From a virus (Duplodnaviria > Caudoviricetes): a stretch of DNA of 33,051 bases. A program made the translations under genes and the position numbers. The DNA is taken from IMG/VR virus record IMGVR_UViG_3300002091_000070, positions 1 through 33,051 of that record; one strand, 5' to 3'. Below the pieces are notes generated by a model. The model was not told the origin of the DNA, made no database searches, and saw nothing but the letters and a program-made list of their open reading frames with translations. Positions 8,743 to 16,464 of this stretch are shown one piece after another. Each line of letters begins with the position of its first letter. Positions within the stretch are counted from its first letter, which is position 1.

Positions 8743-9915
8743 ATGACTAAAATAGAAATTAAAAATATTTTTGGAGATGTCCTATTTACTTACGAAGCGG
8801 AAAATGCAACTATAAAAGATGCAGTTGAAAAAGCAGTTGAAGATAAAATTCCTTTGCGTTCGGCTGATTTGAGTTCGGCTGATTTGCGTTCGGCTAATTT
8901 GAGTTCGGCTGATTTGCATTTGGCTAATTTGAGTTCGGCTAATTTGAGTTTGGCTAATTTGAGTTCGGCTGATTTGCATTTGGCTAATTTGCGTTCGGCT
9001 AATTTGAGTTTGGCTGATTTGCATTTGGCTAATTTGCGTTCGGCTAATTTGAGTTTGGCTAATTTGAGTTCGGCTGATTTGAGTTGGGCTGATTTGCGTT
9101 CGGCTAATTTGAGTTCGGCTAATTTGCGTTCGGCTAATTTGCGTTCGGCTTATTTGAGTTCGGCTAATTTGCGTTCGGCTAATTTGAGTTCGGCTGATTT
9201 GCATTTGGCTAATTTGCGTTTGGCTAATTTGAGTTTGGCTAATTTGAGTTCGGCTGATTTGCGTTCGGCTAATTTGAGTTCGGCTTATTTGAGTTCGGCT
9301 AATTTGAGTTCGGCTAATTTGAGTTCGGCTAATTTGCGTTCGGCTAATTTGCGTTCGGCTTATTTGAGTTGGGCTGATTTGAGTTCGGCTAATTTGCGTT
9401 CGGCTGATTTGAGTTCGGCTGATTTGAGTTCGGCTAATTTGAGTTCGGCTAATTTGCATTTGGCTTATTTGAGTTTGGCTAATTTGAGTTCGGCTTATTT
9501 GAGTTGGGCTGATTTGAGTTCGGCTAATTTGCGTTCGGCTGATTTGAGTTCGGCTGATTTGAGTTCGGCTAATTTGAGTTCGGCTAATTTGAGTTCGGCT
9601 GATTTGAGTTCGGCTAATTTGAGTTCGGCTAATTTGAGTTTGGCTAATTTGCGTTCGGCTAATTTGAGTTCGGCTAATTTGAGTTTGGCTAAAAACAAAG
9701 AAACTGCATATTTACCCTTATTTTGTAAATGGGATTTTTCAATTTTAGGAGATAAAATACAGATAGGATGTGAAAAAAGAACTATTGAAAATTGGGATTT
9801 ATTTTTTGCAAGTAATGAAGAATTAAGTACTAAAAGAGGTACAGAAGAATTTAAACAAATTCAAGCGGTTTATAATGCTTGTAAAGCATATTTATTAACT
9901 TTAAATCAAGAATAA
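8743..9915 (+). CDS. Pentapeptide repeat protein (A[N/D/Y]L[S/R/H][S/L/W])
   Basis: 55 consecutive pentapeptides between short N- and C-terminal domains (IQIGCE...W). Confidence 0.9.
   Translation: MTKIEIKNIFGDVLFTYEAENATIKDAVEKAVEDKIPLRSADLSSADLRSANLSSADLHLANLSSANLSLANLSSADLHLANLRSANLSLADLHLANLRSANLSLANLSSADLSWADLRSANLSSANLRSANLRSAYLSSANLRSANLSSADLHLANLRLANLSLANLSSADLRSANLSSAYLSSANLSSANLSSANLRSANLRSAYLSWADLSSANLRSADLSSADLSSANLSSANLHLAYLSLANLSSAYLSWADLSSANLRSADLSSADLSSANLSSANLSSADLSSANLSSANLSLANLRSANLSSANLSLAKNKETAYLPLFCKWDFSILGDKIQIGCEKRTIENWDLFFASNEELSTKRGTEEFKQIQAVYNACKAYLLTLNQE
8854..9690 (+). repeat. 15-bp tandem minisatellite (GCTAATTTGAGTTCG consensus), about 55 units
   Basis: 8863-9687 = 825 nt = 55 units with no indels. 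Confidence 0.95.
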
Positions 9916-9916
9916 A

Positions 9917-10102
9917 ATGAAATAATGGATAGAAGAATGCGAAAGTTTTAAAAATTGGTTTTCTAATCTTGGAGGTAACATAGCAAATAACGAGCAAATG
10001 ATGGAAGCCTATACTAGAATTGAAGCAAAAATAATAAGTGATGATAAATTAACAATGATTTTAAAACAAGATAAAATTAACCAAATAGAAGTTACACTAT
10101 GA
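9917..10102 (+). pseudogene. Small gene with TAA at codon 3 (MK*WIEECESFKNW...)
   Basis: ATG 1 nt after upstream stop; TAA 9923-9925; frame then open to TGA 10100-10102, which overlaps the next ATG. Confidence 0.5.
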
Positions 10103-10334
10103 TTACATTTTTAGAATTTACCGAAGTATTAAAGTATTAAAATATGAAGCCGATGTAATGCGTTACACAAAATTAAGCGTTTACGAAAGATGGGCAATAG
10201 CACAGGAACGAAGTTTATGTTTACAACAGGATGGTAGAAAATCCTATTTAAGTAAAAAGACTTATGCAAAATGTGAGGAACTTTTACAAGAGATTAAAGA
10301 AACTAACTGGACAAGAACATGGAAACTTACTTAA
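10099..10334 (+). pseudogene. Small gene frameshifted by an 8-bp tandem duplication (AAGTATTA x2)
   Basis: Removing one copy of 10124-10131/10132-10139 gives a continuous 75-aa ORF MITFLEFTEVLKYEADVMRYTKLSV...WKLT. Confidence 0.55.
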
Positions 10335-10414
10335 TTTATGCAATAGGCTTCCTTATGGGAGCTATTTGCTTTGCAAGTTCAGAAAAAATAATTGAACAAT
10401 TTAAAAAGAAATAA
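10319..10414 (+). CDS. Small single-TM peptide (31 aa)
   Basis: METYLIYAIGFLMGAICFASSEKIIEQFKKK. Confidence 0.5.
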   Translation: METYLIYAIGFLMGAICFASSEKIIEQFKKK

Positions 10415-10415
10415 G

Positions 10416-10619
10416 ATGAAACAAACAGCAGTAGAATGGTTAGTAAAAAATATTCCAAATATTTTTTGGGAAGATGATTATTGGGCAGACTTATTTGAAC
10501 AAGCCAAAGAAATGGAAAAGCAACAGATTATTGATGCTAGAGATAACGGATTTTTTTCCAGTGAAAATTGGAAAGGAGACTCAGAACAATACTACAACAA
10601 AAAATTTAAAAAGAAATAA
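10416..10619 (+). CDS. Small phage protein (MKQTAVEWL...EQAKEMEKQQIIDA type); start likely ATG 10416
   Basis: ATG 1 nt after upstream stop; pattern I recognise as common in Bacteroidota phage early regions. Confidence 0.65.
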   Translation: MKQTAVEWLVKNIPNIFWEDDYWADLFEQAKEMEKQQIIDARDNGFFSSENWKGDSEQYYNKKFKKK

Positions 10620-10621
10620 CT

Positions 10622-10699
10622 ATGGGAACGATTATAGCATATACAACGATTTTATTAGTATTTCTTTTTTTAAACTTTTTTGATAATGATAAAAGATAA
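10622..10699 (+). CDS. Small single-TM peptide (25 aa)
   Basis: MGTIIAYTTILLVFLFLNFFDNDKR; ATG 2 nt after upstream stop. Confidence 0.4.
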   Translation: MGTIIAYTTILLVFLFLNFFDNDKR

Positions 10700-10883
10700 A
10701 CTTTTAGAGATAAACAAAGAAACTTGGAACTCTGACAAATTAGAAAAAACTGAAATGTTTATAAAGGAGTTACTATTTGACTATTCAACATGGTTAATTA
10801 AATATAGACATTTAAATTCAGTTTCTTGGGGGTACACAGATAACGAACTTTTAGAAATTTACGAAAATGAAAATAGAAGATAA
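10686..10883 (+). CDS. Hypothetical protein
   Basis: ORF track (10680..10883), first ATG at 10686. Confidence 0.55.
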   Translation: MIKDKLLEINKETWNSDKLEKTEMFIKELLFDYSTWLIKYRHLNSVSWGYTDNELLEIYENENRR

Positions 10884-11205
10884 AATTACTAATAGCGTAA
10901 TGAGTTGCCAAATTGCACTAAACCAACTCGAGCAGATAAAATATACACCTTACTATAAACAAGCGCTTAAAAACAAATTAAATAGCGTTTTAGTTGAATT
11001 AATCAAGGCAGAACAAAACCACTATGATAAGTTTTTCGAACGTGATGACAATGCTACCGATGCAGTGTATTCAGTTTTCGATACGTTTATAAAAAAAGTT
11101 AGTGAAATAGCTATTTACGATATGGAGAATATTTGTTGTATCATAGATGCGTACCGGAAAGACCAAAAAAGTATTGAAGGAATTGTAAATAAAATATTAA
11201 AATGA
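10867..11205 (+). CDS. Hypothetical helical protein
   Basis: ORF track; overlaps neighbours. Confidence 0.65.
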   Translation: MKIEDKITNSVMSCQIALNQLEQIKYTPYYKQALKNKLNSVLVELIKAEQNHYDKFFERDDNATDAVYSVFDTFIKKVSEIAIYDMENICCIIDAYRKDQKSIEGIVNKILK

Positions 11206-11363
11206 TAACAAAAATTCAGATTATACGATTACATTTAAAAAATTGGAGTATTAACGATATAATCCAAGATACAAAATTAGAAATGCAAATTGTTTTAGAT
11301 GCAATAGAAGAATATCAAAAAGAAAATTATATAATTAGAGAATCAAAAATAAATTATAATTAA
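11202..11363 (+). CDS. Small protein, possibly HTH (53 aa; not in ORF track)
   Basis: MITKIQIIRLHLKNWSINDIIQDTKLEMQIVLDAIEEYQ...; ATGA overlap. Confidence 0.45.
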   Translation: MITKIQIIRLHLKNWSINDIIQDTKLEMQIVLDAIEEYQKENYIIRESKINYN

Positions 11364-11394
11364 TTTGCATTTAATTAATAAAGTATTATATTTG
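11364..11394 (+). promoter_or_regulatory. Bacteroidota promoter
   Basis: TTTG 11364-11367, 19-nt spacer, TATATTTG 11387-11394. Confidence 0.8.
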
Positions 11395-11403
11395 CAAAAC
11401 AAA

Positions 11404-11480
11404 CGACAAGTAAGGCGGTCGAACGAAATTAACAAATCCCTCTATTTATTCCAGCCTTACGGAATTTTTAGAGGGTATTT
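11404..11480 (+). ncRNA. Structured 5' leader, kissing-loop copy A
   Basis: Hairpin CGAC/GTCG with loop GTAAGGC; hairpin CCCTCTA..ATTCC/GGAAT..TAGAGGG with loop GCCTTAC. Confidence 0.7.
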
Positions 11481-11494
11481 ATTTAAAAAAAAAA

Positions 11495-11662
11495 ATGGAA
11501 ACATTAGTAAAAATTATTGAAGAAAAAATGTTATTAATTGAGCAGTTAGAGGCGCAATTAGTAAAAGCCAAAGAAGAAAGCAAAAAGCAAACAGAGAGTA
11601 TGCTTTACTGGTACGAAAAATTTACAGAATTATCAACTTCAAAAACTTTAGAAAATGAGTAA
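11495..11662 (+). CDS. Small coiled-coil protein (55 aa; not in ORF track)
   Basis: METLVKIIEEKMLLIEQLEAQLVKAKEESKK...; first ATG after leader, preceded by an A-run. Confidence 0.6.
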   Translation: METLVKIIEEKMLLIEQLEAQLVKAKEESKKQTESMLYWYEKFTELSTSKTLENE

Positions 11663-12092
11663 AGATTTATTTTTAATGATGAGAGAGCAGGAAATTCAAA
11701 CGAGCAATTTCCTGCCAAACAAAAAAGAGATACAATTTAGTAGTAAAAAATTTATAACTGATGTATTAGAGACAGGTGAAACCGATAAATTTGAGTTATT
11801 GGCACAGGCTAAAAGAATGCTCGAAGCATTGGATGTAATTAATACCGAACTTTTAAAAGTAATACCTCAAGAGAATTTTGAAGCATACGGACTTAAAGGA
11901 ACTTATAGAAGTGGAGGAGATACGGTTAATTACTCCGAGGATGCAATTTACACGCAGTTAAAAGCTGATTTAGATGCAAGGGCAGAATTATTAAAACTTG
12001 CTTTAAAACAACCTGTAATCGATGCCTACGGTAATGATGTCCCAAGAGTTTCGACAACACCAAGAAAAAGCAGTTTAGCAATATCATTTTAA
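11655..12092 (+). CDS. Hypothetical protein (recombination/replication module)
   Basis: ORF track; context upstream of SSB-like gene. Confidence 0.65.
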   Translation: MSKDLFLMMREQEIQTSNFLPNKKEIQFSSKKFITDVLETGETDKFELLAQAKRMLEALDVINTELLKVIPQENFEAYGLKGTYRSGGDTVNYSEDAIYTQLKADLDARAELLKLALKQPVIDAYGNDVPRVSTTPRKSSLAISF

Positions 12093-12103
12093 AAATAAAA
12101 ATT

Positions 12104-12274
12104 ATGAAATTATACACAGATAGCAAAATTGAAATAAGTAAATTTATTGAACAAAATAGAACGATGCTTATAAATTCAAGAAAAGAGGCAGAGGAGATAA
12201 CAAAATATAGAGGTTATTTTTATGAAATTTACGATGAAAATAAAAACTTTCTTTGTTACGGAATTCCAAAATAA
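12104..12274 (+). CDS. Hypothetical protein (56 aa; not in ORF track)
   Basis: MKLYTDSKIEISKFIEQ...FLCYGIPK; A-rich start context. Confidence 0.5.
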   Translation: MKLYTDSKIEISKFIEQNRTMLINSRKEAEEITKYRGYFYEIYDENKNFLCYGIPK

Positions 12275-12278
12275 TAAC

Positions 12279-12286
12279 TATATTTG
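12279..12286 (+). promoter_or_regulatory. Bacteroidota -7 promoter element for SSB-like gene
   Basis: TATATTTG; TTTG at 12252-12255. Confidence 0.65.
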
Positions 12287-12301
12287 CAACAACATAATAA
12301 C

Positions 12302-12334
12302 GAGGGTAAGGCTTTCGCCCTTTCATTGAAAGCC
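12302..12334 (+). ncRNA. H-type pseudoknot in the 5' leader of SSB-like gene
   Basis: Stem 1 GAGGGT/GCCCTT; loop GGCTTTC (12310-12316) pairs with GAAAGCC (12328-12334). Confidence 0.55.
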
Positions 12335-12350
12335 ATAAAAAATAAATATT

Positions 12351-13037
12351 ATGAGTACAACTTCAAACCGCAGACAAGCATTTGCAAAACCGCAAAGCAA
12401 CCCAGCAACAAAATTTATCGATTGGAAATCTAACGATAAATGTTTTTCTTACTACGACAAAGAAAATCAAATAAACGTTTCAATTCCTTTACCTTTTAAA
12501 TTTTTAGTCCTGGATGAACTTCATACCATTAAGGGATGGAACGATGCAACTTCAAGCGGTATTTATTCCAACGAAGTAAAATTTATTTCAAAAGAACCAT
12601 TAACAGTTAAACCATTTAAAGGTAATGAAATTGCTAAAGGTCTTTATAAAGATATTAAAGAAAAAATTGTAGCCGCTGGTGGCCACTATACTAAAAGCAT
12701 TTACATAATGCTCGAGGATGGCTCACTTGCAAACATACAACTAAAAGGTAGCGCAGTACAAAAATGGGGCGAATTTACGCAAAAAACACGTAACAGATTA
12801 CCTGATGAGTGGATAGTTGTTAAAAGTGCTTTAGAAGGTAAAAAAGGAGCAGTTAAATTCTTTACTCCAGAGTTTACATTTTTACAATCTTTGAACGATG
12901 ATGAATGTAATTTAGCAGATGAGGCTTTTAATACTTTGGAAACTTATTTAAAAGCCTATTTAATAAAAGTCGATGCAATAGTTGAAGATATTGATCCTAT
13001 TGGAAACGATGCAGATGGTGACGATTTAGAGTTTTAA
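12351..13037 (+). CDS. Putative single-stranded DNA-binding protein
   Basis: Aromatic/basic beta-rich core; acidic tail ending in Phe (DADGDDLEF) as in T7 gp2.5 and bacterial SSBs; upstream of primase-helicase. Confidence 0.55.
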   Translation: MSTTSNRRQAFAKPQSNPATKFIDWKSNDKCFSYYDKENQINVSIPLPFKFLVLDELHTIKGWNDATSSGIYSNEVKFISKEPLTVKPFKGNEIAKGLYKDIKEKIVAAGGHYTKSIYIMLEDGSLANIQLKGSAVQKWGEFTQKTRNRLPDEWIVVKSALEGKKGAVKFFTPEFTFLQSLNDDECNLADEAFNTLETYLKAYLIKVDAIVEDIDPIGNDADGDDLEF

Positions 13038-13061
13038 TAATTTGTTTATTTTATTTGGTTA

Positions 13062-13090
13062 AAACCCTGCTATAATGGCAGGGTTTGTTT
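13062..13090 (+). terminator. Intrinsic terminator
   Basis: AAACCCTGC/GCAGGGTTT stem then T-rich tail. Confidence 0.75.
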
Positions 13091-13284
13091 ATTTTCAATA
13101 CTAAAGTATTGAACTTAAATGACCGTTTTTATATTTATGCAACGCAAAATGACCTCTTTCTATATACCCTATAGACCTAATAAATATTTTTTTAGGGGGG
13201 TGGTAACTAATTGAGAATTTTATCGTTTTATCGTTGCGTTTTAAATTTTTTAAAGTTTTTGTTAGTTTATTAAAATAATATTTT

Positions 13285-13292
13285 TATATTTG
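13285..13292 (+). promoter_or_regulatory. Bacteroidota -7 promoter element for primase-helicase
   Basis: TATATTTG; TTTG at 13258-13261. Confidence 0.7.
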
Positions 13293-13296
13293 TACA

Positions 13297-13372
13297 CTCT
13301 CTGAATTTAAGGAAAATATTATATTAATCCCATAATGAAACAGAAGTCAGAGAGCTGTGGATTTATGGGATT
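13297..13372 (+). ncRNA. Structured 5' leader, pseudoknot copy B
   Basis: CTCTCTGA (13297-13304) complementary to loop TCAGAGAG (13347-13354) of hairpin AATCCCATAA..ACAG/CTGT..TTATGGGATT. Confidence 0.7.
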
Positions 13373-13392
13373 TCTTATTAAAAAAAAAATAA

Positions 13393-15738
13393 ATGGAAGT
13401 AACTGTATTTAAAGACTTATTTAAGTCTAAAGACGTGCCTTTTCACGTTCCATTAGAAAAAATTATTAAAAGAATTCAAACAGGATATTCTAAAGATATT
13501 ATTGAAAAAATAAGATTATCGGAAACTAAAATTGAAAGGGATTTTATAAAAAAATCTTTGCCCTGCATTTTATTTAATGGAACTTTTAGCGAAAGAAACT
13601 CAAATAGTTTAATTCAGCACTCTGGTTTAATGATTGTGGATTTTGACAAATATAAAACTGATGTTGAGATGTTTGATAACTTGCACGAACTTAAAAAAAA
13701 CAAACATTTTCTTTTATTATTTATAAGCCCCAGTGGTAATGGAATTAAAGGCGTTGTAAAAGTATCTAACGAATTAGATAAAATAACACACCCCAAAATA
13801 TTTACTCAATTTCAAGAAGATTTTAAGTTTGATTATTGGGATGCTTCGAATTCAAATGTGGATCGAGTTTGTTTTGAGAGTTATGATCCTGATATTTATG
13901 TGAATTATAACTCTGTAATTTATGAGCCAATTATTAGCGATAAAGGATATAGCGTACAGGAAAAATCGCCATTAATACCAATTACAGATGAGGATAAAAT
14001 CATTGATAAAATAATGAATTTTAATTGGGGTAAAGGGTTTAATGATGGAGAGCGAAATTCTTTTATATTTGATATTGCTGGGGCATTTTGCGAATATGGA
14101 GTTAGTCAAAGCACTGCCGAGGGATATATTTTAAATAACGTTGTAATTGGTGATTTTTCGGAAAGAGAAGCAACCACAACTATTAAAAGCGCATATAAAA
14201 AAAGAAATTTTGATAGTAAGTTTTTTGAAGACTACACCAAAATAGAAAAAATAAAAACCGATATTAAAAAGGGTAAAAAAGAAGTTACTAAAAAATACGG
14301 CATTTCGGAGGATGTTTTTGATGAAATAAAGGAAGAACAAGAACACGACGACTTTTGGTTTTTAAACGAAAAAAATAAAGTCCAAGTGGATTTATTAAAA
14401 TATAAATTATTTTTAGAGCGCAACGGGTTTAAAAAATTTTTTCCTGCAGATTGTCAAAAACCTACTTGGGTAAAAATTATATCAAATAAAGTAACTGAAA
14501 CCTCTATTGAAAAAATAAAAGATTTTGTTTTAGATTTTTTATTAAAAAGAAAAGAAATTGAAACTTGGAAATATTGTGCTAATTATCCGAATTTATTTTC
14601 AGATAAAATGTTGTTAATGCTGGATAGTGTTGAATTAATGATGTTGCGAGATACTAAATTTAAGAGTTATTTTGCTTTTAAAAATGGAATTTTAGAAGTA
14701 GATAAAGACAAATATAAATTAATTGATTTTATTGATGTTCACGGGTACATTTGGGAATCACAAATAATTCAAAGAGATTGGGATGGATTGGAGTTTTTTG
14801 AAAATGAATACCAACAATTTGTAAAAAATATATCCAACAATGAGCCTATAGCAATTGAGTGCTCTATTGGTTATTTATTATCTACTTATAAGAACAAAAT
14901 GAACAATAAGGCGATAATTTTAAATGATGAACTTATTAGCACCAACCCAGAGGGGGGGACTGGAAAAGGTTTGTTTGTACAAGGATTGCGACAAATTAGA
15001 AAAGTATCAATTTTAGATGGTAAAACTTTTGATGATAAAAAATCTTTCCCATACCAAACTGTTAGCCCAGAAACTCAAATATTAGTATTTGATGATGTTT
15101 TAAAGAACTTTAATTTTGAAAATAAATTTAGTTTAGTAACTGAGGGGATGACTTTAGAGCGTAAAAATAAGGATGCTATCAAATTAAAAGTAGAGGATAG
15201 CCCCAAGATGGTTATTTCAACAAATTACGCAATTAAAGGAGAGGGAAATTCGCACGATAGAAGAAGACACGAATTAGAAATAGCGCAATATTACGGCAAG
15301 AATTTAACTCCTTACGATGAATTCGGAAAACAATTATTTGACGATTGGGAGTTAGAAGACTTTAAGAAGTTTGATAATTATATGATTTATTGTTTAATGG
15401 CTTATTTAAAAAATGGGTTAATAAAACAAAATTCTAAAAATTTAAAATTGCGTAAATTCATAGCAGAAACGCAAATGGAGTTTTACGAATTTGCAGAAGA
15501 TATGGAGTTACTGCCAAGAAACAAAAGAAATAATAAAACAGAACTTTATAATAAATTTATTGACGAATATCAAGATTTTAAAAAATGGCTACAGGTTAAA
15601 ACCTTTGTTAAGTGGATTGATAAATATTGTAAATATAAAGAATTTGAATTTTTAGAGGGCAACACTCAAGGCAACCGTTGGTTTGAAATAGTGGATAAGA
15701 ATTTAGAAACGGAAGAAGATAACGATATAATTTTTTAG
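13393..15738 (+). CDS. Primase-helicase (BT4734/VirE N-terminal-like primase, PriCT-like domain, SF3-type helicase)
   Basis: LPCILFNGTF, HSGLMIVDFD, FISPSGNGIK, DRVCFESYDP; GERN; Walker A EGGTGKG, Walker B LVFDD, sensor ISTN. Confidence 0.8.
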   Translation: MEVTVFKDLFKSKDVPFHVPLEKIIKRIQTGYSKDIIEKIRLSETKIERDFIKKSLPCILFNGTFSERNSNSLIQHSGLMIVDFDKYKTDVEMFDNLHELKKNKHFLLLFISPSGNGIKGVVKVSNELDKITHPKIFTQFQEDFKFDYWDASNSNVDRVCFESYDPDIYVNYNSVIYEPIISDKGYSVQEKSPLIPITDEDKIIDKIMNFNWGKGFNDGERNSFIFDIAGAFCEYGVSQSTAEGYILNNVVIGDFSEREATTTIKSAYKKRNFDSKFFEDYTKIEKIKTDIKKGKKEVTKKYGISEDVFDEIKEEQEHDDFWFLNEKNKVQVDLLKYKLFLERNGFKKFFPADCQKPTWVKIISNKVTETSIEKIKDFVLDFLLKRKEIETWKYCANYPNLFSDKMLLMLDSVELMMLRDTKFKSYFAFKNGILEVDKDKYKLIDFIDVHGYIWESQIIQRDWDGLEFFENEYQQFVKNISNNEPIAIECSIGYLLSTYKNKMNNKAIILNDELISTNPEGGTGKGLFVQGLRQIRKVSILDGKTFDDKKSFPYQTVSPETQILVFDDVLKNFNFENKFSLVTEGMTLERKNKDAIKLKVEDSPKMVISTNYAIKGEGNSHDRRRHELEIAQYYGKNLTPYDEFGKQLFDDWELEDFKKFDNYMIYCLMAYLKNGLIKQNSKNLKLRKFIAETQMEFYEFAEDMELLPRNKRNNKTELYNKFIDEYQDFKKWLQVKTFVKWIDKYCKYKEFEFLEGNTQGNRWFEIVDKNLETEEDNDIIF

Positions 15739-15740
15739 TT

Positions 15741-15848
15741 ATGAGAGTTTTAAGAGATTATCAAATAAGAATTTCAACTGATGCTGCCGAAACTCTCCAA
15801 CGTAAAAGGTTAGTTTGTTTTTTTATGGAGGTTTTATTTTTTTATTAA
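15741..15848 (+). pseudogene. Orphaned original 5' end of the SF2 helicase gene
   Basis: MRVLRDYQIRISTDAAETLQRKRLVCFFMEV matches 18 of the first 31 aa of the 16457 helicase and breaks off just before Walker A. Confidence 0.8.
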
Positions 15849-15859
15849 AATATAATTTG

Positions 15860-15867
15860 TATATTTG
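15860..15867 (+). promoter_or_regulatory. Bacteroidota -7 promoter element of the HNH cassette
   Basis: TATATTTG in AT-rich context. Confidence 0.65.
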
Positions 15868-15872
15868 CAGAA

Positions 15873-15951
15873 GTAGAGTCGTCGCTACAATAACAATATT
15901 ATAAAATTCCAACACTGATAAAGACGACGACCTTTTGATGTGTTGGTTTTT
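15873..15951 (+). ncRNA. Structured 5' leader, kissing-loop copy C
   Basis: Hairpin GTAG/CTAC with loop GTCGTCG; hairpin CCAACAC..AAAG/CTTT..GTGTTGG with loop CGACGAC; T-run follows. Confidence 0.7.
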
Positions 15952-15957
15952 ACATTT

Positions 15958-16464
15958 ATGGAAGTTTGGAAAAAAATTGAAGGTTTTGAAAATTATGAAG
16001 TTTCTAATTATGGAAACGTAAAAAGATTAGATAGTTTAGTTTATCAATTAGGTAAATTTTATAAATACAAAGGTCGTATTTTAAAACAAGAAACAACAAG
16101 AGGATATAAAAGAGTTACTTTAAGTAAATTAAATATTACTAAAAGATTTTTAGTTCATAGATTAGTTTCTGTTTATTTTTTAGAAAATACAAATGAAAAA
16201 CCTTGCGTCAATCATATTGATGGTAATAGATTAAATAATAATTATTTAAATTTAGAATGGGTAACGTATTCAGAAAATGAAAAACATTCCTATAATATTT
16301 TAGGTAAAATAAATCCAATTAGGAAACTTACAAGTGAACAAGCTAATTATGTAAAAATAATAGGTATTAAAGGCAAAAAAGGAAATATAAAAGAATTAGC
16401 AAATAATTATAATGTTGATGTTTCTACTATTTATAATATATTAAATAATAAGTATTATGTTTAA
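15958..16464 (+). CDS. NUMOD4-HNH homing endonuclease with C-terminal HTH; start likely ATG 15958
   Basis: MEVWKKIEGFENYEVSNYG (NUMOD4); VHRLV...VNHIDGNRLNN...NLEWVT..EN (HNH); KELANNYNVDVSTIYNI (HTH). Confidence 0.9.
   Translation: MEVWKKIEGFENYEVSNYGNVKRLDSLVYQLGKFYKYKGRILKQETTRGYKRVTLSKLNITKRFLVHRLVSVYFLENTNEKPCVNHIDGNRLNNNYLNLEWVTYSENEKHSYNILGKINPIRKLTSEQANYVKIIGIKGKKGNIKELANNYNVDVSTIYNILNNKYYV

Noticed and set aside
8854-9690. CRISPR array or DGR variable region
   Set aside because: Units are contiguous with no spacers; variation also hits C and G positions; no reverse transcriptase or cas gene in the window.
8782-9698. Minus-strand ORFs with TQISR and KLAEL repeats
   Set aside because: Shadow frames of the 15-bp repeat; the + strand gene has proper flanking domains and context.
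11485-13389. Poly-A tracts before ATGs as phase-variation switches
   Set aside because: Outside coding frames and promoter spacers; explained by A-rich Bacteroidota initiation regions.
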